Source: Eledone cirrhosa (Eukaryota). From it: DNA of 64,000 nt. Every line of letters starts with the position of its first letter. The stretch's first letter is position 1. Positions 24,500 through 38,400 of this stretch are shown piece after piece. The position numbers and the translations under genes are program-made. Location of the stretch: contig OZ024740.1 of the NCBI GenBank assembly GCA_964016885.1, forward strand, positions 264,120,001-264,184,000, in the 5' to 3' direction. Below the pieces are notes generated by a model, which was given only the letters and a program-made list of their open reading frames with translations, did no database searches and had not been told where the DNA came from.

Positions 24500-27400
24500 G
24501 TAACTTTAAGCTGTTTTAAAGTTTCATTTTTTTGTATTTTCTTGTCGTTAACGAAACAAAAGGTACGCACTTTGGTTCTAAGGACAGGAGACCTCTCAAT
24601 ATTCGAGCTTTAAGCCCGAATATTCAGATTTATTTTTTAAAAACTTCGAAAAAGATCGCTTCCCCACAGAAAAAAAAAATGGAAATTTTCGACCTTGAAA
24701 CGGTAAACAACGTTCAGGTCAAAAGTTCAAAAGCAGCCACTGTAGACCTCACCACAACTAAGACTACTACAGACATGTCTGTCGACCATTCCACTGAATG
24801 TGAAGGCAAAACACAAAAGCTACCATCACAACCGCTCCCTCCTGTGTTAGTAGCAGTACCATCTGAAAACGACATCAGCACCACCACCACCACAACAACA
24901 ACTCAGAACAACAACCACAATAACACCGACAGCTTCAATGTAAACACGGATGGTGGTCGCAACAGCAACAACAAACAAAACAACAACAACAACACCGACA
25001 ACAACAGCAAGAACGACAACACCAACAACAAGAGCAACAGAGGCACCATATTTACTGCAGAAGCAGCAAAAACAAAGCGCTTATTGAATATTGATATTAG
25101 CGATAAAGACGAACAGTTGGCCCAGGCGTGGAGGTTAATTAAACGGGAGAAGTCCTGGGCAAACCTGACCAACCCCGACGGGGAAATAGCGGCCATGCAA
25201 AGGAGGACGGTGTAATTTGGATGCATTTCAGTGCAGACACGCAAAGTGGAACTTGCCAGCCAAGCAGAGATCGTGGATGCTTTGGAGTGCATCGGAAGTA
25301 ACATAGAGTATAAAGCAAGAGCCAAACAGTTCGGTACCATCTCGGTACTGTTCAAAACCGAGGCCCTTGCTATTAAGCACTCGGTGACCCCTTACAGAAC
25401 GGAACGCATTATCATGCACCCGTCCTACATGGGCAAAAGGACAGTAAAGGGCCGCATTCCCAGGATCCTACCAGGAATGAACATATGGTGGCTCCTGTGG
25501 TGCGTAATCGAGAAGGGGACAGACACTGCCCTCCTGGATATCAAAAGGACAGAGCGAGAAGACTGGTCCGGAATGGATTTGGAGATTCTTCTCCCAATGA
25601 AACCAGAGGACATGAACAACATCCCGGATTTTGCCCGCCTGCAGGAAGGGACAACAATCCAACTAATCACTGAGGGAAGAAGGCCGCACTGCTTTGTCTG
25701 CGGGGAATCAACGCATCTGCAATTTTTCTGCCTTCAGCGCAAAAATGCAGGGGGTTTCAAACCTCCTTTGTTGCCAACGCCAGTGTCAGCACGGAAAGCT
25801 GCACCACCACCACCAAAAACAATACCAACAAAGAAACGGATACCAACATCAAAAACAGCCGGACCACCACCAACAGCGAAACCAATCCAAGGGGAAAACG
25901 AGGAAAGCTCTCCCACTCCCCTTACCCCTCCAATTATACACATAGACAAAACAGTAAACGCACACACAGAGACAGAAACACTCAAAGCCACACACCCTTT
26001 GTCTTCCAGCAGCGAAGATGAAGGAAAACCCAAAAGTGCAAAACAGAGAAAACTCACCCCCCAAAAAAGCTCCAGCAAAACATAAAAACATACACAACAA
26101 AAAATACAGACACCACTAACGCAAACACTTCCCCAATAACATCAACACCCACAGCAACATCAACATCGACACCACCCCCACAATCCCCGATACGCAAACA
26201 ACCGAAACAAACATAAGTACAAATAAACACACAAATACCTAAAAATGCAGACACCACACCTACAACAAACACGGACATACCCGAAACAACACCACCAAAA
26301 CCATCACCATCACAGTCACCAAAACGAAAATGAATAAAACCACACCAATACAATGTTAAAAACTTCGTGCTTGTCAGAAGAGCCAACCATAAACTGATGG
26401 CCCTCTTAGCACGAAGCGAGGACATTCAAACAGGAGGCATCTTTGAAATGAGCACATTTTGCCTGCCAGAAAATTTGCTTCTGGTCCGAATGTCACTCGA
26501 TTCCTTCAGAGAAATTCGGGAGAGCTTTCCTCAAGACGTTGTAATCCCGAATGTCAAACCCACATCGAGACTTTTAAAGGGGTTCCCAAAAGAAACCCCA
26601 CCAACAATGGAGGTCGAACCACCCGACCTTCACAAGACCCCGGGAGGTAAGTAAACCTTCTCTCTATCTTTTAGCCTGCCAATATGGCCATATTAAGAGT
26701 AGGAAGTTTAAATATTCGCGGCCTGGCGTCACCCTGGAAGCAGTGTCGCCTGCTGAACGACCTCAGGTCGCTGGAAATGGATGTGATTACCGTCAGTGAG
26801 ACCATAATTTCCGACAAGCGCACACATTTTCGACGACTATCAGATCTTCGCATCTGTTAGCAGGCCGGAAATGGGAGGTGGGGTGGTAATGCTGTTTAGG
26901 AAAGCACTGGATCTCGATGTAAGGTCGATCTTACGAGACCCGGACGTTAAGTTGGTGCTCTTGGATGTGAGCAGTAGCGAAGGTGGTGCTTTCAGACTGC
27001 TGGCCGTCTACGCCCCTACAGGAGCCGGAGGACTGAACTTCTTTAGGCGCCTGGAGACCTTTCTGGGTACGTCTCGCCCTTCACTGTTAGCGGAGGACCG
27101 GAACGCACCTTAGACGCACGCTGGGATTGTGTGGGAGTAGCTGATAATAGCGGGGGGGGGGGTGCAAAAGCTTCAAGCACCTAATCAGCCAGTTCCAACT
27201 GTCAGACAGGTATCGACTAGATTTCCCCAATGCGCCAGTATGGACATGGACCAACCGCATGGGGTTAGAGAAAAATAAAAAGGTGGGGGAGCTGGTAGAT
27301 AAGTTAGACGAGGCTATCTGTAGTGGCATTGCTGGAACTGTGTGCAAAAGCCTCAAGTACCTGATCAGCCAGTTCCAACTGCCTCACAAGTACCGACTAG

Positions 27401-28800
27401 ATTTCCCTAATGCGCCAGTGTGGACCTGGACTAACCGCATAGGTTCATCTAGATCGTATATAGACAGGATATTCTTAGGGGAAAATAGACAGAAATAGTG
27501 TAAGCTGTCCACGTTTTAAAACGGTCGCCTATTCAGATCACAAGTGTGTGATCTGTATGGTCGACCTAGATAAGACGCGTAGATTAGGACCTGGTTACTG
27601 GAAGCTGAACATGTCATTTCCGGCACGTAAGGCTTACAGGGACCAGGTCAACAATTTAGATAAGAAAAGGTTGTCGTCAACAATAGATGTTCGGGGGCTC
27701 TTAAAAGAGAGATTAGGGTAATGCCGATAAGGTTTAGAGAAAAGTAGAAAGGAGGGGGAGTTGGTAGACGAGGCTATTGGTAGTGGCATTGCAACTAACG
27801 TGCTAGCGGTGAGAATAGCATTAGACCATTTCTTCAATGCGAAACACGAAGGTTGCATTGTCAGAGCTAAGGGCGTGCTCTGAGAAACGAGGGAACCAAA
27901 GCTGTTGGATGGGCCCACGTGGCAGAGGCGCAGCGTGGTAATAAAACCATGATTTGGTATGTAACGGACCGAGATGGACGCGAGCTGAGCGATTCAAAGC
28001 GTATGTGTGAGGCCTTTCGCCAACATTTTGCTCGGTTGTTCGGGGGAAGTCAGAGACGGTGGCGGACTTCAGTCCCTACCTCGATGGCTTGCCGCAACAC
28101 TCGACGATCGAGGCTGAGCGCTGCGAAAGGCCGATTACTTCAGCCGAAATTCAGGACGCCCTTGTCGGCTGCATGAGGCACAAGTCACCCGGGTTGAATG
28201 GCCTGCCCTACGAGTATTACGTAAATATGCCAGACTTGTTCTCCAATCTCCTCGAAGCACTCTACTACAACTGGCAGTAGAACGGGAGTCTTCCCAGTTC
28301 TGTGAGCAGGGGATGGTGACGCTGATAAGGAAAGACGAGAACAAGAGGGATACATTTGATAAATTCAGGCCCATAAATCTGCTCAACACAGAGTTTAAGA
28401 TTTTGGCCAAGGTGTTAGCAAAGCGATTGGCACTTGTCGTCGAGGATTTGGTTGGGGAGCCGCAAACTTGCGCAATCCCAGCCAGGTCCATACACGACAA
28501 TCTCCACCTCATGCAATACATCATAGAGAGGATAGGGTGTAAACCTGTCTTCGGTGGGGCACTGATCAATTTAGATCAATCGAAAGCATTCGATAGCGTC
28601 GACCATCGGTATCTTGAGTTTGTCTTCAAAGCGGTTGGATGCACAGCGGCACACGCTCGGTGGTCAAGGTTAATGGCCACCCTTCGGAACCATTTCACCT
28701 CTCCCGATCGGTCCGTCAAGGGTGCCCTCTCTCTTCACTTCTGTACGTATTGACTCTCGAGCTTTTACTGCGGAAACTGGAGCTGTTGCAGGGCATCCAG
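24500..28800 (+). mobile_element. Tx1 copy 4 (same subfamily as copy 1), decayed, 3'-truncated within RT
   Basis: ORF1 from ~24679 (LAQAWRLI, RPHCFVCGESTHLQFFC); ORF2 from 26684 to VRQGCPLSSLLYVLTLE; 5' boundary uncertain. Confidence 0.88.
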
Positions 28801-29217
28801 CTAATGTGTACATGTGTACCTGTCTTTCCCACACCAATTCGGACTGCCTGAGGAGGTCACAGCCAATGATGGCTGTCACCGAAATATATATAGCAGCATA
28901 TCTATAATTTATAATGAACGAAGCCAAATTTTACATATTTGAGTTAATTATTTTACATTACTCCTGAGTAAACAAACCAACCTCCGTACTTCGTCGAGTG
29001 CTCCAATCTGCATACTAGGTGTCGGTAAACAACCAACATATACTAACATTTTTTTATATAAATATATGTATGTATGTATACACGGTTACGGAAGAAGAAA
29101 CTTATCAACCATCCGACCCCATATGTATACCCTATATTAAAAGAAGAATGTTATACGAACACCTTATTACTTAAGATGTTGTCTTATGAATTCATATTGG
29201 TGGTGAGATGATAACTA
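28801..29217 (+). mobile_element. Probable Penelope-like (pLTR) fragment between Tx1 copies 4 and 5
   Basis: Non-Tx1 AT-rich segment containing a minimal hammerhead of the kind found in Penelope pLTRs. Confidence 0.5.
28844..28896 (+). ncRNA. Minimal type-I hammerhead ribozyme
   Basis: CTGC-CTGAGGA-GGTCACAGCCA-ATGA-TGGCTGTCACC-GAAA-TATATA-TA-GCAG: stem I CTGC/GCAG, complete core, palindromic stem III. Confidence 0.85.
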
Positions 29218-31050
29218 CATTGCGTTAGAGAAAAATAGGAAGTAGCGGGAGCTGGTAGATAAATTAGACGAGGCTATTTGTAGTGCCATTGCAACTGACT
29301 TAATAGCGGCGAGTATGGCATTAGACAATTTCTCCAATGCGAAACACGAAGGTTGCATCATTGTCAAGGCTAAGAGACGTGCTCTAAGAAATGAGGGAAC
29401 CAAAGCTGTTCGATGGACCCGTATGGCAGAGGAGCAGCGTGGTAAGAAAACCACAATTCCGTCTTTGACGGACCAAAATAGACCCGAGCTGAAAGAGTAC
29501 AGGCAAATGCGTGAGCCTTTCGCCAGCAATTTGCTCGTCTTTTCGGGAGGGTTGGTGGGTCGTAGACGATGGCGGACTTCAATACCCTCCTCGACGGCCG
29601 CTGCTGGACGCGGCGAATGGCCAATAACTTTAGCAGAAATTCGGGGTGCCCTAGTCGGCTGCACGAAGCCTAACTCACCGGTTTCGATGATCTGCCCTGT
29701 GAGTTTTACGTGAACTTTCCAGACCTGTACTCCGATTTTTTCGAAGCGCTCTACTGCAATTGGCAGCAGAACGGGAGTATTCTCAGTTTTGTGAACCGTG
29801 GTGTAGTTACACTAATGAGAAAAGATGCAGAGTTTACATTTTTTGCAATGGTGTTAGCGAACAGGCTGGTGCTTGTTGTCGAAGATGTTTTTGAGGAGGT
29901 GCAAACATACGCAATTTCGACCAGATCCATACACGACAACGTCTAGCTCATGCGATACACAATAGAGATGAAGGCGTGCAAAGCTGGCTTCTGTGGGGAT
30001 CTCATTAATTTAGAGCAATCGAAAGTTTTCAATAGAGCTGACCATCGATACCTGGAGGCTGCGCTTAAGACAGTTGGCTTCAGTCCCACCTTCACAAGCT
30101 GGATCGCAGTAGCGCACACCTGCATCAGCTCGGTGGTCAAAGTTAATGTTCAACTTTCGGAACCATTTCAGATCAGCCGATCGGTCCTTTGAGGTTTCCC
30201 ACTCTCCTCCATTCTATACGTATTGACACTCGAGCCTTTAGTGCGGAAGATGGACCTGCAACAGTGCATACCGCTCGAATTGGGTCTCGGAACGGCTGCG
30301 TCGAAATACGCGGACCACTTCACCATGATAGTTTTGAACCCCTCGGAAATCCGCCGAAAGAAAGCTGTCTGTGAAAGGTCGGGCACAGGAGGCTAACGTG
30401 CACATCGTGTCCGTCATCTACTACAGCCTGACCATCGGGCTTTGCTACCGTTCGCGCCTCGCTAAATTGGAGTGGCTCTTCGTCAGCTTCTTGTGAGAGG
30501 GACAGGTCCCGTTCGTGAGGTGGTCTATCTAATAACAGCACCCTCAACACGGAGGGCTGGGTATGCTGTAGTTAATGATGTGCAAACATACGCTGAGTCT
30601 GTGGCATCTCTAGATATTCTGCCTAAATGGTGAATTGGTGCAGTCGTTGTTTGTCAGATGGGCCTTTCTGCAGCCCGTCTCTTTGACAAGCTGCAGTTCT
30701 GGGTGAAGCAGAGACCAAGTCTGGTTGCCTGGCATCTGGAATATTCTCAGGCACTTACTGCCCTCCACCAGGTGGACAATGCGGTCAGTGGAAGTTCCAC
30801 TGACCGCTTCTAGGCAGGTTAATTTGAGGAGGAGAGGAGTGCCCTTCCCGGATGCACTTAAATTTTCGGGTGGTTCAGGATCGGTAGGGATCCTGAGTTG
30901 ACTCTCTGTGGTTATTCCCCCTATTGTTTGTAATTTTATTGTTTCTTGTTATTGTTTTCATATTTTTTGACTCGATTTTTATGTAAAATCCCCACTGTAC
31001 TGTCCTCGTCTATTTTATCGTCACCTACATTCCTGCCCGTGTGACTTATA
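29218..31050 (+). mobile_element. Tx1 copy 5, old, 5'-truncated, internally deleted, with 3' UTR
   Basis: NAKHEGCII, ALYCNWQQNGSI, INLEQSKVF fragments; 3' UTR resembles copy 1 (gggtggttcaggat, cccctatt). Confidence 0.85.
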
Positions 31051-31057
31051 CTTGAAA

Positions 31058-32323
31058 CAGGGCTGGATTGGTAGAACGTCGGACAAAATGCTTTGCAGTA
31101 TTTAGTTATGGCTCTTTATGATCTGAGTTCAAATCCCGCCGAGGTTAACTTGGCCTTTCATCCTTACGGGGTCGATAAAATGAAGTACCAGTCGCGCACT
31201 GGGGTCGATTTAATAGACTTCCTCCTCCCCCAAAATTGCTGGCCTTGTGCCTATATAAGAAACCATTATTATTACAGTGTTGGATTGGCAGTATCGGTAG
31301 AGGGTCGGACGCCATGCTTTGACGCATAGAGTTACGGCCCTTGCTATTCTGAGTTCAATTCCCGCCGAGGTTAACTTTGCCTTTCATCCTTACGGGGTCG
31401 ATAAAATAAAGTACCAGTAATGCACTGGGTAATTGCTGGCCTTGTGCCAAAAAGTAGAAACAATTATTAGGGAGATGTGAATTGGCAGAATCGGTAGAGG
31501 CTCGGACAAAATGATTTGCAGTATTTTGTTATGCTCATTTACGTTCTGCGTTCAAATCTCGCCGAGATTAGCTTTGCATTTCATCCTTACGGGTCGAGAA
31601 AATAAAGCACCTGTAATGCACTTGGGTTGATTTAATAGACTTTCTTTTCTCCCAAAATTGCTGGTCTTGTGCCTCAATCAGAAACCTTTATTATTATTAT
31701 AACTAGGATTGGTTGTATCGGTAGGGCGTCGAACAGCATGCTTCGCAGCATTGAGATACGACATTCTGAGTTCAAATATCACCGAGGTTTGCTTTGTCTT
31801 TCATCCTTACGGAGTTGATAAAGTACCAGTATGGAATGAGGTGTATTTAACCGAATTTCCCCTTCTCTTTGAATTACTTGCCTTGTGCCTAATGTATAAA
31901 CAATTATTATTTTTATTTACTTACTTAGGGCGGTATATTGGCAGTATCGGTAGAGGGTCGGACGCCATGCTTTGACGCATTGAGTTACGGCCCTTGCCAT
32001 TCTGAGTTCAAATCCCGCCGAGGTTAACTTTGCCTTTCATCCTTATGGCGTCGATAAAATAAAGTACCAGTAATACACTGTTGTAATAGCTGGCCTTGTG
32101 CCAAAAGTAGAAACAATTATTATTTACTTACTTGCGTGGTGGATTGTGTGGTGGATTTGCAGAATCGATAGAGTTACGGCCCTTTACGGTCTGAGTTCAA
32201 ATGTAGCCGAGGTTACCTTTGCCTTTCATCCTTACGCGGTCGATAAAATAAAGTACCAATAATACACTGAGATAATAGCTGGCCTTGTGCCAAAAGTAGA
32301 AACAATTATTACTTACTTACTTA
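31058..32323 (+). mobile_element. Head-to-tail array of six tRNA-derived SINEs
   Basis: Units start ~31058, 31276, 31469, 31703, 31927, 32133. Each has an A-box-like TGGCAG.ATCGG (variably decayed), GAGTTCAAATC, CCTTTCATCCTTACGG..TCGATAAA, CCTTGTGCC..AAAC and an (ATT)/(TTAC) tail. Confidence 0.9.
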
Positions 32324-33044
32324 CCGACATAAATATTGTGTTAGCCTCATTAAATAATTCAATTTCAAAACAGATCTGTATTCCGATTTCAGCAAACGAA
32401 TTACAAATTTAATCGAATGAAAAAAAATAAATAAACGGTGGCAACAGCAACAGCATCAACAACAAATACACAAAGGAAAAATAATAATGTTCACTTTAAA
32501 TCACCTGACATTTGACTGTTTGTTATGAAATAATTAAACACCAACAACTAACAACAACAAATAATTGAAAACAAGTAAAATAAATAAATAAATTGCCAAA
32601 GCTCGAAATAATTTGGGCTATCAAATATTATATGAATCTTATGAATTGGCTTGTGCGAAAAAGTAAAAAAAAATTAATAACGTAACTTTCATATTGGCTC
32701 GAAAGAGAAAATTCTTTAACCGAATGAAACGTCTTTCACTAAGATAGAGTCTGTACAATTAACCTTGCAGCATATGGATGTTATTGCAATGCCTGCTGAT
32801 ATTCCTTTTCATTTCTATACTGCTAAATACACACACACGTACTCTCCAATGTTCATATACATGAACAGAGATTCATGTGCAAAAGCACATGAATTGACAT
32901 GTTCAGACGCACACAAACCACTCATTATTTTTAATATATCTAAAGCTTCTCTCTGCCTATCAGTCACTCCTTCCCCTTTTCTTTATTCTTATGATACTAC
33001 TGTTTCGCCTGCCACCCTATTTTCCTCCTCGTTTCTCATTCTTA

Positions 33045-33046
33045 TG

Positions 33047-33143
<97 letters not shown>

Positions 33144-33266
33144 TTATACATAAGAATATATGTATATATATATGGCGAGTCAGAGAGAGCGCGCGTGAGG
33201 GTTTATACACAATGTACATGAATGTAAAACACTATAGACTTCACATACTTGTTCACACACAGTCAA

Positions 33267-33302
<36 letters not shown>

Positions 33303-33316
33303 TTGTATACAAATAA

Positions 33317-33354
<38 letters not shown>

Positions 33355-33362
33355 GTATATGG

Positions 33363-33422
<60 letters not shown>

Positions 33423-33476
33423 GTATATAATATATATATGATACATTTATATATGTATATATATATATGTGTGTGG

Positions 33477-33532
<56 letters not shown>

Positions 33533-33553
33533 GTGTATATATATATATATGTG

Positions 33554-33625
<72 letters not shown>
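33045..33625. repeat. (TA)n/(TG)n compound microsatellites
   Basis: Direct reading; they explain the YIYI/CVCV ORFs. Confidence 0.97.
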
Positions 33626-33630
<5 letters not shown>

Positions 33631-35049
33631 TAGGTGTTTATAGACGGACGCGCACACATTCACACACACGCACAGACATATATATTCTCCATATATTCAT
33701 AACATCTTCATTTTTTTCATTTTCGTTCTGTTCCTTTCCTCGAAATTTTTTGTAATGCTGTTTTTTCCCCCATTCCGTATTTTCCTCTCACCCCCCCTCT
33801 CTCTTTGTCTATCTATTTTATTCTCCCGTTAAATGTCTGTCTTTCATTGATATTTTCACTTTTTCATTGTATTATTTATAGTGTGAGAGGGGAGAGAAAG
33901 AAAAAATATCAAATATTAAACGAAAGGCCCGAAGGATTTGAGTATTGTGAAACACAATAACAATGAAATTATCTGGGAATATTATGTGAGAAAACAAAAG
34001 CTAATACCCACCCAAAATATTACGACAACCTCAGATAACATGCCGCAACAAAACTTCAACAATGCACTTTGTATAGAAAGGACTTAAGAGCACACGAATT
34101 AAACAAGTAAAATAACATAAATACAAGTAGAAACGCCACACATATGTAAACACATATACGCAATTCTCTTCCTCCCCTCTCTATTTCAGATTAACACACA
34201 CATATATCTCATACGCGTAAACACTCAGAAATAATATTTCACTACTGAATCGGTTCCATCAAAATATGATAGAAATATTAATTATATATTTTGATTATAA
34301 ACTTATTATATTACCGACTATAGGCTTCTAGCAATCATTTTTATTTAATAACATTTCGTGCGATTGAAATTTTGATTAACACAGCTGTCAAAGACTTGGA
34401 AACGTTTGATAAGTACGCTGATATCCTGAATCAAGCATTTATATAAAAAATCTTGCCCTCAGGACCAACTTGGCTTGAAACTAATAACGCAAAACTGTAT
34501 TTGTTTTTCTTCTTTTCATATCACATTTATTTTACTATTATTGAATATTTATTTTTTTCTATTTTATTTTTGTGTTCTTAGTTTTGCAAAGACGACTGTT
34601 GGGGTCCAATGGTAACAACTTATTTCTAGAAAACTAACACATTCGCTATCATTAAATTTGAAAGATGCATTGCTGTTTAAAAATTCTTCTCATCAAACGC
34701 GGCCGAAGGGTATTTTTACAGTTTGTGTATGAAGGAAAACTTATTCGTGCGTCATGAGAAGAAAAAAAAATCATTGGCTGTTACTCTTAATACATTTTGC
34801 TATGTTTAGCTATCTTAATGTAATGGAAGTTTGTGATGAGATCTAACGCCTGTATTTTCTATCTAGATATCCCAAAATATCATAACTATTTCCCCTTATC
34901 ATATCATTGATTGTATTCCCCATATCATGTATATGAATGTATTATTTCCTGCATATCATGTGTATGAATGTATTAAATTAATAGATACAGAATTTAGTAT
35001 ACAGAACAAAACAAAACCCCTCCAGTATGCTTTTCTGTGCGCATCTAGA

Positions 35050-35450
35050 TACACATATAAATGCTTCAATCATTCTTTCTAGACAATAATATAATTCATC
35101 TGTGCAAGCTTGTGGAAGATGTTTTGATATTCGTGGTTTGCTTGTGGCAGTGCTCCAGCATCGCAAGAACCACAAAGGTGTGAACCAACTAAAGAACTAA
35201 AGAATTAAAGGTGAAAATACCTCTCAATTTTGTAGCATGATTCAGTGAAGTTCAAAGCAATGTGCATGGCAACAAATTGATGCAATGTAAGTGCAATTAA
35301 AAACTTTGCCATAAAACAGAGTGTAATGCAGGCTTCAGGATATTAACACAGAAATCCATAAGCCAAAACTTCAGTGCTTTCAATGCAGTCATTATATCTT
35401 CATAGATCTGAACATATCAGCAATTCCATTAATATTAGCTAATATCAAAA
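35050..35450 (-). mobile_element. Possible ancient hAT (Buster/SPIN-like) transposase C-terminal remnant
   Basis: Out-of-frame pieces resembling FW..YP, GSHLC (cf. GSTYLC) and CTDEL (cf. LTDE) in the expected order; very degenerate. Confidence 0.3.
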
Positions 35451-38400
35451 TGGTGCACTGAGAAACTGTTGCATATATGAGCATGCACATAATGGTTTTC
35501 AGTTGTTTATTTCTACTGAGCGAGTTCAATTCATGTTAGTGTTTAGCGTTCGCTTTGAGCCATGAAAGATAGATACATTAAGGGGAATTGTTCCACCAAA
35601 AGAGCCTAGTCATCTGATGGAAATTTACTCCCTATGCCTAGTTCAGAAGAAGGGTCTGATTACGAGTTGTATAATTACAGCACATATCTTGTCATCAGTG
35701 TAACATTGTGTTATTGTCGCCGAATCGTATGATTTGTTTGGTGTTATATATAAAATCGCTCATTGAAAACCGAGGCTTCAATGTTTATTTGTAGATGAGA
35801 TTGACTTGAAATATTAAAAGTCTGTATAGAAAAAGAGGGCTTCATATAAAATGTGGGAATATATTTGTTTTATAGCTTTACAGAAACAAGAGAGCGGATA
35901 CCCAAAATCTCTACAAATATGTATGTTAAGTAGCCCTCGATGAATTAATAATCTCCTTTTGAATGCAGCCAACTTTCCACAGAACAATACTATCTTTAAG
36001 AAAACCTGGAATATTGAAAATTGAAACACTTCTATTCCCATAAAAATATGTATATTAAATACATGTATTAAAGTAACATTGCCCAAAGTTACACCTAAAC
36101 TGACCAAAGGAAAGAGATATAAAAATAACATTTTTGCAAATTGTTCAACAACAGCAAACCCAACTAATAGATATTGATATAAAAACATGAATTCACGACA
36201 GAAATGACGGCATTAATAATGGGTGCTTCAATAACATTACATCAAAAACCAAAGAATGATACTAACAGGTGTATATCATTCGAAAGGACGAACCGATTCC
36301 AATATATAGTATAAGCTGGAATACCAATAGATATCAGTTCTAATCGAAGGATCGTAGTGGTATGATCGTCATGGGTGGGCTTGTGTATATACAAATAATT
36401 CATAAGTGGGCATATATGTACACATAATTCTGTAAAGAAAAAAATAATTTGCTAAGATTATTTATTGCCGAAAGCAGGATTGCTTTTTAATTAGCATATT
36501 TGTTAGAATACAGTTATTCAAATTAGTTGCAAACTGGCAGAAAAACAATGCAAAAAAAAAAAAAGAAAAATAGTGACGATAATCAACAACAATAAATAAA
36601 AACCATTTGTTTGGAATTTCTCATAACCACTGGCTGAAATTAATTTTCTCATTTGATTGTATTTTTGAAATTGTTTTTTTAATGTTTCGTTAATTTGATT
36701 TCTGTATTGATCTCCGGGTCATATTAATCCGTCTTAGGTTCGATTTGATAAAGATATTTCTGACCCTCAAATTATGTGTTTGCTTGACTTCGGGTTCTGG
36801 CATATCCCAAATGGATACTTTCCAATTCATACATACATATTTAGATACAGGGAAACAAAGGTCTGCGAAGGAACGTCATGCGTGATAGCGTGTCAACACT
36901 TCCCATGTAGGTATGTACGTATGTATGTGTGTGTGTTTGTATGTATATATGTATGTGCGTTGGTATGTAAGTCAGTTGCCTCCTTGCCTTTGTTTTAGAT
37001 AGAAGAGGTCGCTGTCATTCTTGACGGAGAAATTTCTTTTGTTGTTTATAACAACAATACATCTCAACGACCACCAATCGAATTGCTTGAATGTTAGTAT
37101 GAATGCAGCAACCATACTATTGTATTCGAAGAGTTTTAAACACATTATTCCGTATCTGGGTTATGTATGCGTGATCTTCACGTCAATTGTTGCAAACTCC
37201 TTTCATCCATAGGTACGCGCAGAATTACTCATCACATAGGGATTTAGCCAGATGTATAGAAATGGATTAAACTGGATTGTATCATTCTTTCCTTACGTTT
37301 TAAAATCATTTAGGAACGTTAATCGCTACCAAACTGCATACCTATATTTTGTAAGAATGTAACTCTCTCTCACTCTCTCTCACTTGATACCATTCATAGT
37401 GTGTAACACATTTACGGACGCTTCGATTTCCTTTACAAAACACAGAAATATGCTTCTGCGATACTGTATCTTATTGGTGGATATACAATTGCTGTCTGTA
37501 TTTAAGTGCATGATGGTAATCCAATATATAATACGGTTGTCTACGGCGCTAAATATGGCCTAAAATAGTTCAGTAAGTCAAAGGGTTTCTATTAAGGGAG
37601 AGAATCAAATACTTCTTTGGAATGCATTCAGACTTTAACCATTATCTTCCTATGTCATCGAACCGCTGACATAACATCCCTTTTTAGTAAAAAATGTTCA
37701 CATCCCCAAAATTCATTCTTATATATAGGTTGTTTAGAACGAATTATACTGTTATTTTGAGCGTAACCCTAGCGGAATAAGCACCAACAGGCTATAAACA
37801 TTTTGCCCTATAAATAATCTATAGATGTTAGCCTTGGGAACTACTGGTATCACGTTTGCTTTTGACAACGTCAAACATCTTGGTATATTTGTATCTACAT
37901 TGAATATTTACTGGTTCTACGTATCGTTTTGGTGTATCACACGGTGTAATTTCGAGAAGATAAATATGTTGGCTATATTCTAGATACATTGCATTCTGAT
38001 TACATCCCTTTTTTGTCTATTCCGATCATTTTCCAGTACAAATTTCTATCTTTTGAAGGCAATTGTTTGATTTTTATTGGCTATCCGTTTGTATCTTTGA
38101 ACACACTTAATTGATTTCAATTATTTATTTTTGGTGATTATTTATCTCTCAATTATTAATTTCTAAAATCGTATATTTTCACTTTCATAACTTTAACTTC
38201 TTGTTGGAATTGTCTAATTTATTCTGATCTCTTCTCTCTTTACAATCTGCGATTCACTTTTCTATTTATGTTGCATTTTATATTAGTGAGATATAAAGAT
38301 ATTTTTTGCCTAAGGTCACATTTAGATAAACGATTTATTATCAACTTTCCAAGTCCATAATGCCTTCTTTCTATTATTTCGCTTCTGTTTGCTTCTGAAG

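Noticed and set aside
24060-24500. GT-rich segment between Dong and Tx1 copy 4 as a promoter or ORF
   Set aside because: Low-complexity (GGT/GTT) sequence with no assignable feature.
875-30550. Antisense and alternative-frame ORFs over the Tx1 copies, including hydrophobic poly-L/V ORFs
   Set aside because: Shadows of ORF1/ORF2 and AAC repeats; they recur only because the sense sequence is homologous.
31058-32323. Repeated units as a tRNA gene cluster or CRISPR-like array
   Set aside because: No cloverleaf can be completed and there is no repeat-spacer pattern; units have SINE head-body-tail structure.
35814-36188. 124-aa hydrophobic ORF as a membrane-protein exon
   Set aside because: No recognisable motif; composition is explained by T-rich sequence.
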